This document shows positions 36,528 to 45,645 of a DNA stretch of 64,000 nucleotides, one piece after another (within the stretch, counting starts at the first letter, position 1; every line of letters begins with the position of its first letter). The notes below the pieces were generated by a model that had not been told where the DNA came from, did not search any database, and saw nothing but the letters and a program-made list of their open reading frames with translations. Both the position numbers and the translations under genes were made by a program. The stretch is from Methanomicrobia archaeon (lineage in GTDB: Archaea > Methanobacteriota_B > Thermococci > Methanofastidiosales > NM3), in assembly GCA_030603445.1 (NCBI GenBank), contig JAUVXU010000003.1, forward strand, positions 23,059 through 87,058. The letters run 5' to 3'.

Positions 36528-36628
36528 AACGATTGTAAATGTCATAGATACTGGCCATATCTGTCTTCTAAACAGAAAAATATTAAATCCATCATACAAA
36601 ATATTAATAATAAAGCATTCTTATATAA

Positions 36629-36642
36629 TTTAGGCAAACCTA
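36629..36642. promoter_or_regulatory. second DtxR/IdeR-type operator, upstream of feoA'-feoB
   Basis: TTAGGCAAACCTAA directly after TTATATAA. Confidence 0.6.
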
Positions 36643-36655
36643 AAAAAGGGATACT

Positions 36656-36820
36656 ATGAAGCATCTTTACTTAACAGACATCAAAAAAGGCATATTTCCT
36701 GGTGTCACGATGCAAGTAGAGATGAATGAAAGAGAATCACTAATGGTCAGGACAGGATGCTGCCATATTGCCATTAACAAATCGCTTGTGCATAGAATAA
36801 TCATCGGGGAACGAACATGA
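36656..36820 (+). CDS. short FeoA-like protein
   Basis: Hand-translated 54 aa: MKHLYLTDIKKGIFPGVTMQVEMNERESLMVRTGCCHIAINKSLVHRIIIGERT. The stop overlaps the feoB ATG (ATGA). Below the track cutoff. Confidence 0.45.
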   Translation: MKHLYLTDIKKGIFPGVTMQVEMNERESLMVRTGCCHIAINKSLVHRIIIGERT

Positions 36821-38724
36821 TAATCACACTGGCAGGCCAACCTAACAGTGGCAAGAGCACCATATTCAATGATGTTGCGGGATACAAGACCATAACAGCA
36901 AATTTCCCAGGAAAGACCGTAGAGTATACAGAGAGCAAGATAAGAATTGGAAAAGAGATACACACACTAACAGACCTTCCCGGCACGTACTCACTAACCT
37001 CACTAGACCCTGCAGAACTAGAGACAAGGACCTATTTGCTCAAAGGGATATCTGGTATTACTGTAAATGTCATAGACGCTTCCCTCCTTGCACGCAGCAT
37101 AGAGCTTACAATTCAGCTCTCTGAGCTTGATGTGCCGTACTTGGTATGCCTCAATATGATGGATGAAGCAAAAAAGAAAGGGGTCATAATTGATAAAGAG
37201 GCACTTTCAGAAGAGCTGGGTGTGTCTGTTGTTGAGACCGTTGCCAATAAGGGTATAGGCATAACAGATCTTCTCCAAACAGCTGTAAGGGATGGAAAAA
37301 AAACTAAAAAATCGGCTACAATAACTTATTCCAAACAAGTAGAAGATGCCATATCTGCCCTCATCCCTTCTATACGTTCTCTTGCCGCGCGCCATTCCCT
37401 GCCTGAACGATTAGTTGCAATAAAACTGCTTGAAAATGATGAGTATTTCGATTCACTAATCAACAGCGATTCCCTGCTAGAAGAAGTATATGCACTGCGT
37501 AAAAAACTAGAAGACAGTTATGGACATCCATCCGATATTGTGATATCATCAGAGCGGCATGCAGAAGCGCTAAATATATTTGAGCGTGTTGCAGTAGTAA
37601 CGCATGCAAAAAATACGACAACTGAAAAGATAGATAATTTCCTGATGCACCCATTTTATGGGTACGTGGCATTAGTAATTGTGCTAGTCGCATTGTTTAA
37701 TATAGTGTTTAGGCTTGGAAGCATGATAGAGTCCCCTATTCTAGACTTCTTCTCTACGGGCGTTCAGCCTTTTATCCTGGAGTTTGTACCAGAAGGGTTT
37801 GCTACCACCATAGTTTCCGGAACAGTTGATGGAATTGCTGGAGGTATAGGTATAGTGCTTCCCTTTTTGGTCCCGTTCCTCATAGGCCTTTCCATTCTGG
37901 AGGATGTAGGTTACCTGCCGCGAATAGCATTTCTTCTTGACTCTTTCCTGCACAAGATAGGACTGCACGGAAAATCCATAATCCCCTTAATACTCGGATA
38001 TGGTTGCAGCGTGCCGGCAATTATGGGGGCACGAATCTTAGAATCAAGGCGCGACCGTTTCATTGTAATCACCCTTACGTCCATGATTCCATGCGCTGCT
38101 CGCATCACCGTGATACTGGCCCTAGTTGGAATCTACCTGGGTGCTAACTGGGCGCTTGGAGTATTTATCATAAACATAGTGGTACTTGCCATCGTAGGGT
38201 ACATTCTCTCAAAATTGATGCCGGAGATGGCTGCTGGAATGATGCTTGAGATACCAAAATACCATATGCCATCAGTTAAGTCTGTGCTTAATAAGACCTG
38301 GTTTAGGATAAAGGAATTTATCATAGTTGCCTGGCCGATAATAATCCTTGGGTCAATAACATTATCATTTCTAAATTACTATAACATAGACTCCTACCTA
38401 AACACTGCCATATCCCCCTTAACACTGCTCTTAGGCCTGCCTACAGTAATAGGGGTAACCCTGGTGTTTGGCGTATTACGAAAGGAGTTGGCCATGCTCA
38501 TGCTTTTCCAGGCCCTGGGAACCGAGAACGTCATCTCAATAATGAGCAAGACGCAGATCCTAACGTTTACCATGTTCATCGTTTTTTACATCCCTTGTGT
38601 AGCAACAATAGGCGTCATGTTAAAAGAGATTGGAAGGCGTGACACATTTTTTGCTGTCCTAATCGGGACTGTTGTGGCAATTATCATGGCGATTTTGGTG
38701 CGCATAGGCGGGATGCTGTTATGA
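36817..38724 (+). CDS. feoB: ferrous iron transport protein B
   Basis: 635 aa; G-domain GQPNSGKST / DLPGTYSL, then a polytopic membrane domain. Confidence 0.95.
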   Translation: MIITLAGQPNSGKSTIFNDVAGYKTITANFPGKTVEYTESKIRIGKEIHTLTDLPGTYSLTSLDPAELETRTYLLKGISGITVNVIDASLLARSIELTIQLSELDVPYLVCLNMMDEAKKKGVIIDKEALSEELGVSVVETVANKGIGITDLLQTAVRDGKKTKKSATITYSKQVEDAISALIPSIRSLAARHSLPERLVAIKLLENDEYFDSLINSDSLLEEVYALRKKLEDSYGHPSDIVISSERHAEALNIFERVAVVTHAKNTTTEKIDNFLMHPFYGYVALVIVLVALFNIVFRLGSMIESPILDFFSTGVQPFILEFVPEGFATTIVSGTVDGIAGGIGIVLPFLVPFLIGLSILEDVGYLPRIAFLLDSFLHKIGLHGKSIIPLILGYGCSVPAIMGARILESRRDRFIVITLTSMIPCAARITVILALVGIYLGANWALGVFIINIVVLAIVGYILSKLMPEMAAGMMLEIPKYHMPSVKSVLNKTWFRIKEFIIVAWPIIILGSITLSFLNYYNIDSYLNTAISPLTLLLGLPTVIGVTLVFGVLRKELAMLMLFQALGTENVISIMSKTQILTFTMFIVFYIPCVATIGVMLKEIGRRDTFFAVLIGTVVAIIMAILVRIGGMLL

Positions 38725-39140
38725 GCGAGACCATGGAAGAATACCTAAAGACCATATGGGTCCTAGAAGAAGAGAACATCAAGTCCATACGTATCAAAGA
38801 TATCTCCACAGCGCTTGCTGTAAAACCGCCTAGCGTTGTGCAAATGCTAACGAAGTTAGAAGAAGTTGGCCTTATCCATTACATAAAACACAAAGAGGTA
38901 TGCCTGACAAAAAAGGGCAAGGATGCTGGACAGGCCATTGTACGCTACCATCGCCTTATGGAAGTGCTCTTCTCCGATGTTATTGAAGGCAGCAACGAAG
39001 ACGTTGAGATCCTCTCATGCGGTGCAGAACACTTCGTTACGCCCGATATTGCCAAGAAGATATGCACATTCCTTAATCATCCGGATACGTGCCCCCACGG
39101 CAAGCCCATACCAAGGGGCGATTGTTGTAATGGTGATTAA
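38721..39140 (+). CDS. DtxR/MntR/IdeR family metal-dependent transcriptional regulator
   Basis: 139 aa; MEEYLKTIWVLEE ... VKPPSVVQMLTKLEEVGLI ... HRLMEVL; 4-nt overlap with feoB. Confidence 0.9.
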   Translation: MSETMEEYLKTIWVLEEENIKSIRIKDISTALAVKPPSVVQMLTKLEEVGLIHYIKHKEVCLTKKGKDAGQAIVRYHRLMEVLFSDVIEGSNEDVEILSCGAEHFVTPDIAKKICTFLNHPDTCPHGKPIPRGDCCNGD

Positions 39141-39206
39141 AAGGTCGTCCGTGCCAAAGACGAAACGTTTAAAAAGAAATATATATTAGATATCGCAGGT
39201 GGAATC

Positions 39207-40058
39207 ATGGGTTCTGACAATCTTAATTCGCCAGAAACTGGCAATAGTTCATTTTTTAAGAGAAATTCCAAGCTCATTGGAGCCATTTTCATTTTAGTAG
39301 TTTTAATTTCATCATTATATGTTATAAGCAATCGCGATGGAGGAATAGATGCCGATTTTGCAAGAAATAACGCGTTTCTTCCAGAACAAAATCTACAGCA
39401 TTGGTACATATCCTACTTTGCAGGAACGGGCCTTTACAACTTTGAGATAAGTGAGAAGGTAAGTGAGACAGAAGACCAAAGGGAATACTCCATACTTGGT
39501 AATGACGACGTGCCATACACCTTAATACTTTATTGTGAAGAGGAAGAGGTTAACGGCCTTTTGGTAGACCAGTGGTACGCAGAGCTCAAAGGAGAGAACG
39601 TTTCTTCGCCTCCAGAGGAGATAGACCTATTTTTTGAGATAATAAGCTATGTACAGACAGATCCCTTCACGGCTATCCCTGAAACCGTGTCATACCATTA
39701 TCTTGATCATATATACTTGCTATTCGGGGCATGGGAGGAAGCAGGAATAGAGAATCAGCAGCTTGCATATGGCATGGCAGACATATCAAAGGCAGTTGGA
39801 AATCGCATAGGAGATATAGACAAGATATCAATAGCAGAGATATCAGACCAGCACTTTATAGACATATATAAGAAGAAGATAGGTACACCAGCAAAACCCG
39901 TCATCTATGTAATGACCGAACCACACGGTGCAATGAAGAACAATTTAGTCATGCCCTACGACGGTGTCATAATTGTAGAGATACCACAGTATCAGGACAT
40001 TCGTTTGTTCTGCTTGCTTATAGGCGAGATAATAGCACCAAGTGGAGGAACTGCATGA
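39207..40058 (+). CDS. hypothetical membrane-anchored protein
   Basis: 283 aa. N-terminal TM helix (LIGAIFILVVLISSLYVI), acidic extracytoplasmic domain. Confidence 0.55.
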   Translation: MGSDNLNSPETGNSSFFKRNSKLIGAIFILVVLISSLYVISNRDGGIDADFARNNAFLPEQNLQHWYISYFAGTGLYNFEISEKVSETEDQREYSILGNDDVPYTLILYCEEEEVNGLLVDQWYAELKGENVSSPPEEIDLFFEIISYVQTDPFTAIPETVSYHYLDHIYLLFGAWEEAGIENQQLAYGMADISKAVGNRIGDIDKISIAEISDQHFIDIYKKKIGTPAKPVIYVMTEPHGAMKNNLVMPYDGVIIVEIPQYQDIRLFCLLIGEIIAPSGGTA

Positions 40059-40897
40059 GAAGGATTAACATCATAGATGCCGCCATAATTCTTATTGTAC
40101 TTTTTTCCTTTTATTCTTTTATCACACATGAGCCTTCAGTAAACGAACAGGTGGACGAGTATTATTATTCGGGATCGCAAATATACAAAGCGACAAATTA
40201 CATGAACTACCTTGATTCCAAAGGTTTCCTGTATGACACGTACGTCAAGGGATACTGGTGGTCAGACTACCTAGAGTTCGACGAGACGGGTTATGTCATA
40301 GATACTGGCCAAGGCTCGTTCATACTTTTGCGCTCCAATGGAGAGCTTGTCACAATAGGCGGGCGCATGAGCTATAAGGAACAAATTGGGGCAAACGAGA
40401 TACGGCTAAAGATCAAGACAAAATCAACAGTGTCTTACAGGATGTATGCGCAAAGTTTTCCTGGATTAGAGAACTATTTCGCAACTATAGAGGATACTGC
40501 TTCTTTTTTAGATATATTTGATATCGACGACATCGCTATCACAAGCTCTATTACCTTCGATTATGGGGAATCCCCGACAGCGGTCTTTATCGCAGAAGTA
40601 AACGATGCCCTAAGAAAGGGGCTCTACTATGTCAAAGACACCTCAATAGCCGACACCCAAAATGGCCTTACCCTCTCTTTCTCACAGGCTAGTATAAAAG
40701 AGCTGGCAAAAATGGAAAATATCCTAAACGAGTACGGTATAACGATAGGCAACGTGTTTTCGTCAGATATTATAACTATTGTGCGTACAGGAACAGAGAT
40801 AGGGGAGCTTGACAAATATTGGATAAAACAGCATATTACGGACAATCTTTCATCGATTATAGACGATGATGAGAATTCCATCCACATCAGGTTATGA
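40055..40897 (+). CDS. hypothetical membrane-anchored protein (DUF4330-like N-terminus)
   Basis: 280 aa. RRINIIDAAIILIVLFSF resembles the DUF4330 start (from memory). ATGA overlap at both ends. Confidence 0.5.
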   Translation: MRRINIIDAAIILIVLFSFYSFITHEPSVNEQVDEYYYSGSQIYKATNYMNYLDSKGFLYDTYVKGYWWSDYLEFDETGYVIDTGQGSFILLRSNGELVTIGGRMSYKEQIGANEIRLKIKTKSTVSYRMYAQSFPGLENYFATIEDTASFLDIFDIDDIAITSSITFDYGESPTAVFIAEVNDALRKGLYYVKDTSIADTQNGLTLSFSQASIKELAKMENILNEYGITIGNVFSSDIITIVRTGTEIGELDKYWIKQHITDNLSSIIDDDENSIHIRL

Positions 40898-42534
40898 GCA
40901 TGTTTGATAAACTGGTTGTCAAAACAGTCAACTGCACCTTGGCATTTATAGGGCGCCTTACAAAAAGGAAATTCCCCATATTTATGCCTGATGCTCTGGC
41001 ACGCTATGATATCCAAACAACGATCTCGATAGTACCACGCGCAATCGACAAGACATTTGATGCCATCAATGAAGAGATACAAAAAAGCAGGGGAAGCGCC
41101 CTGACAAAAAAAAGTCTAAAAACCATATTATCGCGCCTACCAGCACTTCCCTTATTAGCCAATACTAAATTTTTAAACAAGGCTGATGTTTGCCGCCTCA
41201 CGTCCCCTTTTATCTTCATTGTTGCATTTATTGCATTTTTAGGGATGAGCGATCATGGAATTTCCTCCTTCGCCCTTTTTTCTATTGTTATGGCGCTTGT
41301 GGCCTACGCCATTGGAACAGTAGTTGCAAAACTACATATGCGAAGTATCCCGGAGAAGGCCGCTCCCTATCTTCTTGCCTCACTAATCATCCTGGTCCTT
41401 GGAATTATCCCTTTTGGCGATATATCTGCAAAAATAAGCATCATACCTTTAGTAATACTGATTTTTTCAAGAACATATGGAGGCAAGATATCGCTTGCAG
41501 CCGCACTAGGGGGATATGTGTTATTTCGCCAAGGCATGTTGACACTGGGCATGCCATATCTTCTTATCGGCATCTTGGGAAGCGCACATAACTTTCGCAG
41601 CACAAGATTTGATGCCCTCCTGGAAGATAACGCCACCCTTATAGCATTCCTGTTAATGGGTATAGGCACCCTTTACTGGGTGTTTGACATAGCACTCGTT
41701 GGAAGAATCCCCCTCCTAACAACCCGGGAGGGCCTGGACCCTACATTCACCATGCGCTCCCACCTGTTGCCCATTGGAACCATACTTCTTGTATCATTAT
41801 TAGGAGAATATGCAAAAAAGACAGGATCTATCGGGAAGGCCAGAATGCTTACCCTGATATCTGTTACATTTTCTGTAATCCTAATGGCACTATTAGGATA
41901 CAGGACACAGGTCTTAATCACCCTTGTTGCATCTATGATAGTAGTGATATTATGGGAACTTGTAACGGTTGCAGAGCTATTTGCTATTACATCTGTTGCC
42001 GTGGGATTTTTTGCAATAATGACCTTTTTGAGGACAGAAACTACAGGCGCCCATGTAGGCATCTTAGAATCTATCTCCATACGCACAGGGTTAACACTTG
42101 ATATTTATGATACCATGGCACAATTAGGAGGTTATCTTGGGTTCACAAAGGGGCAGACCTATATGGCGGCTATAAGGTCCTTTGCGACGCTTATGCCGGG
42201 TATTGCATTTTCCCCAAGGAGATATATCGCCATATTCGCAGGAGCTGGAGGCATATCCATGACATCAACAATACTGGGTCCGATAGCACTAGATTTTGGC
42301 CTTGTTGGAACAATAGTAGCAATGGTTGCACTAGGTTTTTTCCTGCAGCGTTCCTATATGCTTGTAAAAGCAGCATCCGGCACAAGGAAAAGCTACATGA
42401 CAGCACTCTACGGCCTCACACTAGGTTATGCATTAATAGGTATAGAGACTGGACTTGTAGACTATGAAGTACTGCTTCTCTTCGCCTGCTCTTTCCTTTA
42501 CACCTTACATATCTCAACAATATCACAAGGTTAA
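40894..42534 (+). CDS. polytopic membrane protein, possibly oligosaccharide repeat-unit polymerase (Wzy-like)
   Basis: 546 aa, more than 10 TM. The function call is weak. Confidence 0.45.
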   Translation: MSMFDKLVVKTVNCTLAFIGRLTKRKFPIFMPDALARYDIQTTISIVPRAIDKTFDAINEEIQKSRGSALTKKSLKTILSRLPALPLLANTKFLNKADVCRLTSPFIFIVAFIAFLGMSDHGISSFALFSIVMALVAYAIGTVVAKLHMRSIPEKAAPYLLASLIILVLGIIPFGDISAKISIIPLVILIFSRTYGGKISLAAALGGYVLFRQGMLTLGMPYLLIGILGSAHNFRSTRFDALLEDNATLIAFLLMGIGTLYWVFDIALVGRIPLLTTREGLDPTFTMRSHLLPIGTILLVSLLGEYAKKTGSIGKARMLTLISVTFSVILMALLGYRTQVLITLVASMIVVILWELVTVAELFAITSVAVGFFAIMTFLRTETTGAHVGILESISIRTGLTLDIYDTMAQLGGYLGFTKGQTYMAAIRSFATLMPGIAFSPRRYIAIFAGAGGISMTSTILGPIALDFGLVGTIVAMVALGFFLQRSYMLVKAASGTRKSYMTALYGLTLGYALIGIETGLVDYEVLLLFACSFLYTLHISTISQG

Positions 42535-42560
42535 TAAACCACTAAATGTGATGTTAATCT

Positions 42561-43265
42561 ATGTATCTTGAAACGCTGACATCAAAGCAATTTAAGAGAT
42601 GCCAGTGCTCCTGTGCCGTTATTCCTGTTGGCACGATAGAGGCGCATGGAAATCATATGCCTCTTGGCAGCGATAACATCATACCTGCAAAGATATTATC
42701 CTGCATTGAAGAAGAGATTGGAGATGAGGTTCTCCTGGCGCCCCCAATACATTATGGGCATACATATTTCCTAGAAGACTGGCCGGGAAGCATCAATATC
42801 CCAACAGATGTGCTGCGAGACTATATCGTTGCCGTTGGAAAGGAAATCAATAGAAATGGGATAAACAAAATACTTTTCTTAAATGGACATGGTGGCAACA
42901 CCCGCGCCATTAAAGACGCAGCAGAGTTGCTCTCATATGACGGCGTCAGGAGCCGTGTTGTCAATTGGTGGGAGGAATATTTTGAAGAGATAAAAAAGAT
43001 AGCGCCAGGCACTGGGCATGGCGGAGAGGACGAGACCTCCCTTATGCTTGCGTGTGATGAAAAGTTAGTGGACATGGCGCAGGCCACATCTGGGCCCATG
43101 TGGCCGCTTGCACACGAAATATCAATACCACAAAGGAAAATCATGCTTCCTGATGGAATGACCGGCGATGCCACGAGTGCAAGCACAAAAAAGGGAAATA
43201 AAATATACAAAATCATATGCTCACACATTCTCATGCTAATAAAAGAGCTAAATGAGGAGAAGTAA
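42561..43265 (+). CDS. creatininase-family amidohydrolase (ArfB-like candidate)
   Basis: 234 aa; VIPVGTIEAHGNHMPLGSD ... LNGHGGN. Confidence 0.8.
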   Translation: MYLETLTSKQFKRCQCSCAVIPVGTIEAHGNHMPLGSDNIIPAKILSCIEEEIGDEVLLAPPIHYGHTYFLEDWPGSINIPTDVLRDYIVAVGKEINRNGINKILFLNGHGGNTRAIKDAAELLSYDGVRSRVVNWWEEYFEEIKKIAPGTGHGGEDETSLMLACDEKLVDMAQATSGPMWPLAHEISIPQRKIMLPDGMTGDATSASTKKGNKIYKIICSHILMLIKELNEEK

Positions 43266-43804
43266 TGACACAACTCATTCTTATAGTGGGGATGCCTGGG
43301 TGCGGGAAAGGAGAGTTCATCTCCATAGCAGAGGAATATGGGTATACGCCTCTGGTAATGGGCGACGTTGTTAGAGAAGAGGCCATAAAACGGGGACTAG
43401 ACATAAAGGACTCAGGAAATGTTGCAAAGAAGCTGCGCGATGAAAGGGGGGCTGCTGCAATAGCACACCTAACACTTCAAAAAATAGGGAAAGAAAAAAA
43501 GTATATAATCGATGGTGTGAGAGGCATAAGCGAGGTAGAAGAGTTCAAGAAACACTTCAACACAGTACTAGTCGCCATCCACTCGTCACCGCGCGCAAGG
43601 TTTGAACGGCTACGGCGCAGGGGAAGGGATGACGATCCTAAAACCTATGAAGACTTCAATACCCGTGACCGGCGGGAACTAGGTTTCGGTTTAGAGGATG
43701 CAATTGCTATAGCGGATTTTATGATAATAAACGAAGAGTGTATTGGGACTATGCAAAAAAATGTACGAGAGTGTTTGGAAAGGTTGAGGGAAAATGGATT
43801 TTAA
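43265..43804 (+). CDS. P-loop nucleotide kinase-like protein (archaeal UPF0200-like)
   Basis: 179 aa; Walker A GMPGCGKG; adenylate-kinase-like fold. Confidence 0.65.
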   Translation: MTQLILIVGMPGCGKGEFISIAEEYGYTPLVMGDVVREEAIKRGLDIKDSGNVAKKLRDERGAAAIAHLTLQKIGKEKKYIIDGVRGISEVEEFKKHFNTVLVAIHSSPRARFERLRRRGRDDDPKTYEDFNTRDRRELGFGLEDAIAIADFMIINEECIGTMQKNVRECLERLRENGF

Positions 43805-45200
43805 AAAGATCCAAGAAAACCTATGGGAAATGCCAAAAGAAGGCTTGATGAACGTACCTGTAAGAATTTTTTCAGACGAACAGCTGTTGCAGGCAATGCA
43901 AAAAGACATGACAATTCAACAGGCAAAAAACGTTGCAATGCTGCCAGGCATCATTAAAGCTAGTATTGTGATGCCGGATGGGCACCAAGGTTATGGTTTT
44001 CCGATAGGTGGTGTTGCCGCATTTGATGAGAAAGAGGGAGTAATATCACCTGGGGGGGTAGGTTATGACATAAATTGCGGTGTCCGCTTACTGACCTCAG
44101 ATCTCGTGCGAGAGGATATGGAAGGGAAGATTGAAAAGCTGCTTGAAATCATCTTTAAGAACGTGCCTTCAGGCCTTGGATCAAAAGGAAAGATATCGCG
44201 GCTCTCCTCCCTGGAGATGGATAACGTGCTTGAGCTTGGTGCACGCTGGGCAGTGGAGCACGACTATGGGGATATCAAAGATCTAAATCATATTGAAGAG
44301 CGCGGCGAGATGAGATCTAATGCGGCACTGATAAGTCCTACAGCAAAAAAAAGGGGATCTACACAACTTGGAAGCTTGGGATCAGGGAATCATTTCATCG
44401 AGGTGCAGTATGTATCGGATATATACGACCCCGCTGTTGCAAAGACGTTTGGCCTCTTTGAAGGGCAAATCGTTGTTATGATACATACAGGATCTCGCGG
44501 TTGTGGGCATCAGGTATGTTCAGATTATCTCAGGAGCATGGAAAAGGTCGCAAAGAAGTTTAACATACGATTGCCAGACAGGGAGCTTGTGTGCGCACCC
44601 ATACTATCCAAGGAAGGGCAGGATTACTATAAGGCAATGGGGGGTGCGGCAAACTTCGCCTGGGCAAACAGGCAGATGATAACCCACTGGGTAAGAGAGT
44701 CCTTTGATGCAGTATTTAATACCCCCGAGCTTGAAGTGCTTTATGATGTAGCACATAACATCGCAAAATATGAAAAACATGACAATAAGACTTACATGAT
44801 TCATCGCAAAGGCGCTACGCGTGCACTTTGGAAAAGAAGAAAAGAGCTCCCACATGATTACTGGAAAACCGGGCAGCCCGTTATTCTCCCTGGAAGCATG
44901 GGCACTTCATCCTACGTTTTATGTGGAGCAAAAGGCTCCTCGCAATCATTTGCATCAACAGCCCACGGTGCTGGAAGGGTTCTCTCGCGCTCCAAGGCAA
45001 TTAAAACGTACACAGGACAAGATATCCAGGGGGAACTGGCAAGAAAAAACATAATAGTGCGTGCGGAGAGCATGAGAACTATTGCTGAGGAAGCTCCAGC
45101 AGTGTATAAGGACATAGACCGCGTTGCAGCCATATCCCACAACGCAGGTATTGCTACAAGGGTCGTGCGCCTCAAACCCATAGGTGTGGTCAAAGGATAA
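43794..45200 (+). CDS. rtcB: RNA-splicing ligase RtcB
   Basis: 468 aa; MPDGHQGYGFPIGGV, GSGNHF, HGAGR motifs. Confidence 0.95.
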   Translation: MDFKKIQENLWEMPKEGLMNVPVRIFSDEQLLQAMQKDMTIQQAKNVAMLPGIIKASIVMPDGHQGYGFPIGGVAAFDEKEGVISPGGVGYDINCGVRLLTSDLVREDMEGKIEKLLEIIFKNVPSGLGSKGKISRLSSLEMDNVLELGARWAVEHDYGDIKDLNHIEERGEMRSNAALISPTAKKRGSTQLGSLGSGNHFIEVQYVSDIYDPAVAKTFGLFEGQIVVMIHTGSRGCGHQVCSDYLRSMEKVAKKFNIRLPDRELVCAPILSKEGQDYYKAMGGAANFAWANRQMITHWVRESFDAVFNTPELEVLYDVAHNIAKYEKHDNKTYMIHRKGATRALWKRRKELPHDYWKTGQPVILPGSMGTSSYVLCGAKGSSQSFASTAHGAGRVLSRSKAIKTYTGQDIQGELARKNIIVRAESMRTIAEEAPAVYKDIDRVAAISHNAGIATRVVRLKPIGVVKG

Positions 45201-45274
45201 AGGATTACAGATACGTAAAATATTTGTATGAATAACCCATTATATAATTAGTAAACATAAGTTTTGGTGATATT

Positions 45275-45643
45275 GTGTTTGAATGGCATGAGTACAGGCC
45301 TTTTGAAAAAGGATATATAAAAGTATTAGGCCCGCTGGAAACGGAGATAATGGAAATAGTTTGGAACCACAAGGTAGGGACTGCACGCGAAGTATATGAC
45401 GTACTAAAGGATGAGAAGAAAAGTATAAGGCGTTCCACCATATCTATAATAATGAACAGGCTGTGCGAACGAGGCCTTATTAATAAGAGAATAGAGAAAG
45501 GAAGAGGCGGGCTCAAATACGTCTACAGCGTGAAGATATCTAAAAAAGAGTTTGAAAAAGAAGTAGTCAGCAAAATAATCGAATCATTAATAGAGACATT
45601 TCCGCAGGAAACCGCCACACATATGAATAAACTGCAACAGTAG
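45275..45643 (+). CDS. winged-helix regulator (BlaI/MecI/CopY-like)
   Basis: 122 aa; LETEIMEIVWNHKVGTAREVYDVL ... STISIIMNRLCERGLI; GTG start. Confidence 0.55.
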   Translation: MFEWHEYRPFEKGYIKVLGPLETEIMEIVWNHKVGTAREVYDVLKDEKKSIRRSTISIIMNRLCERGLINKRIEKGRGGLKYVYSVKISKKEFEKEVVSKIIESLIETFPQETATHMNKLQQ

Positions 45644-45645
45644 GG

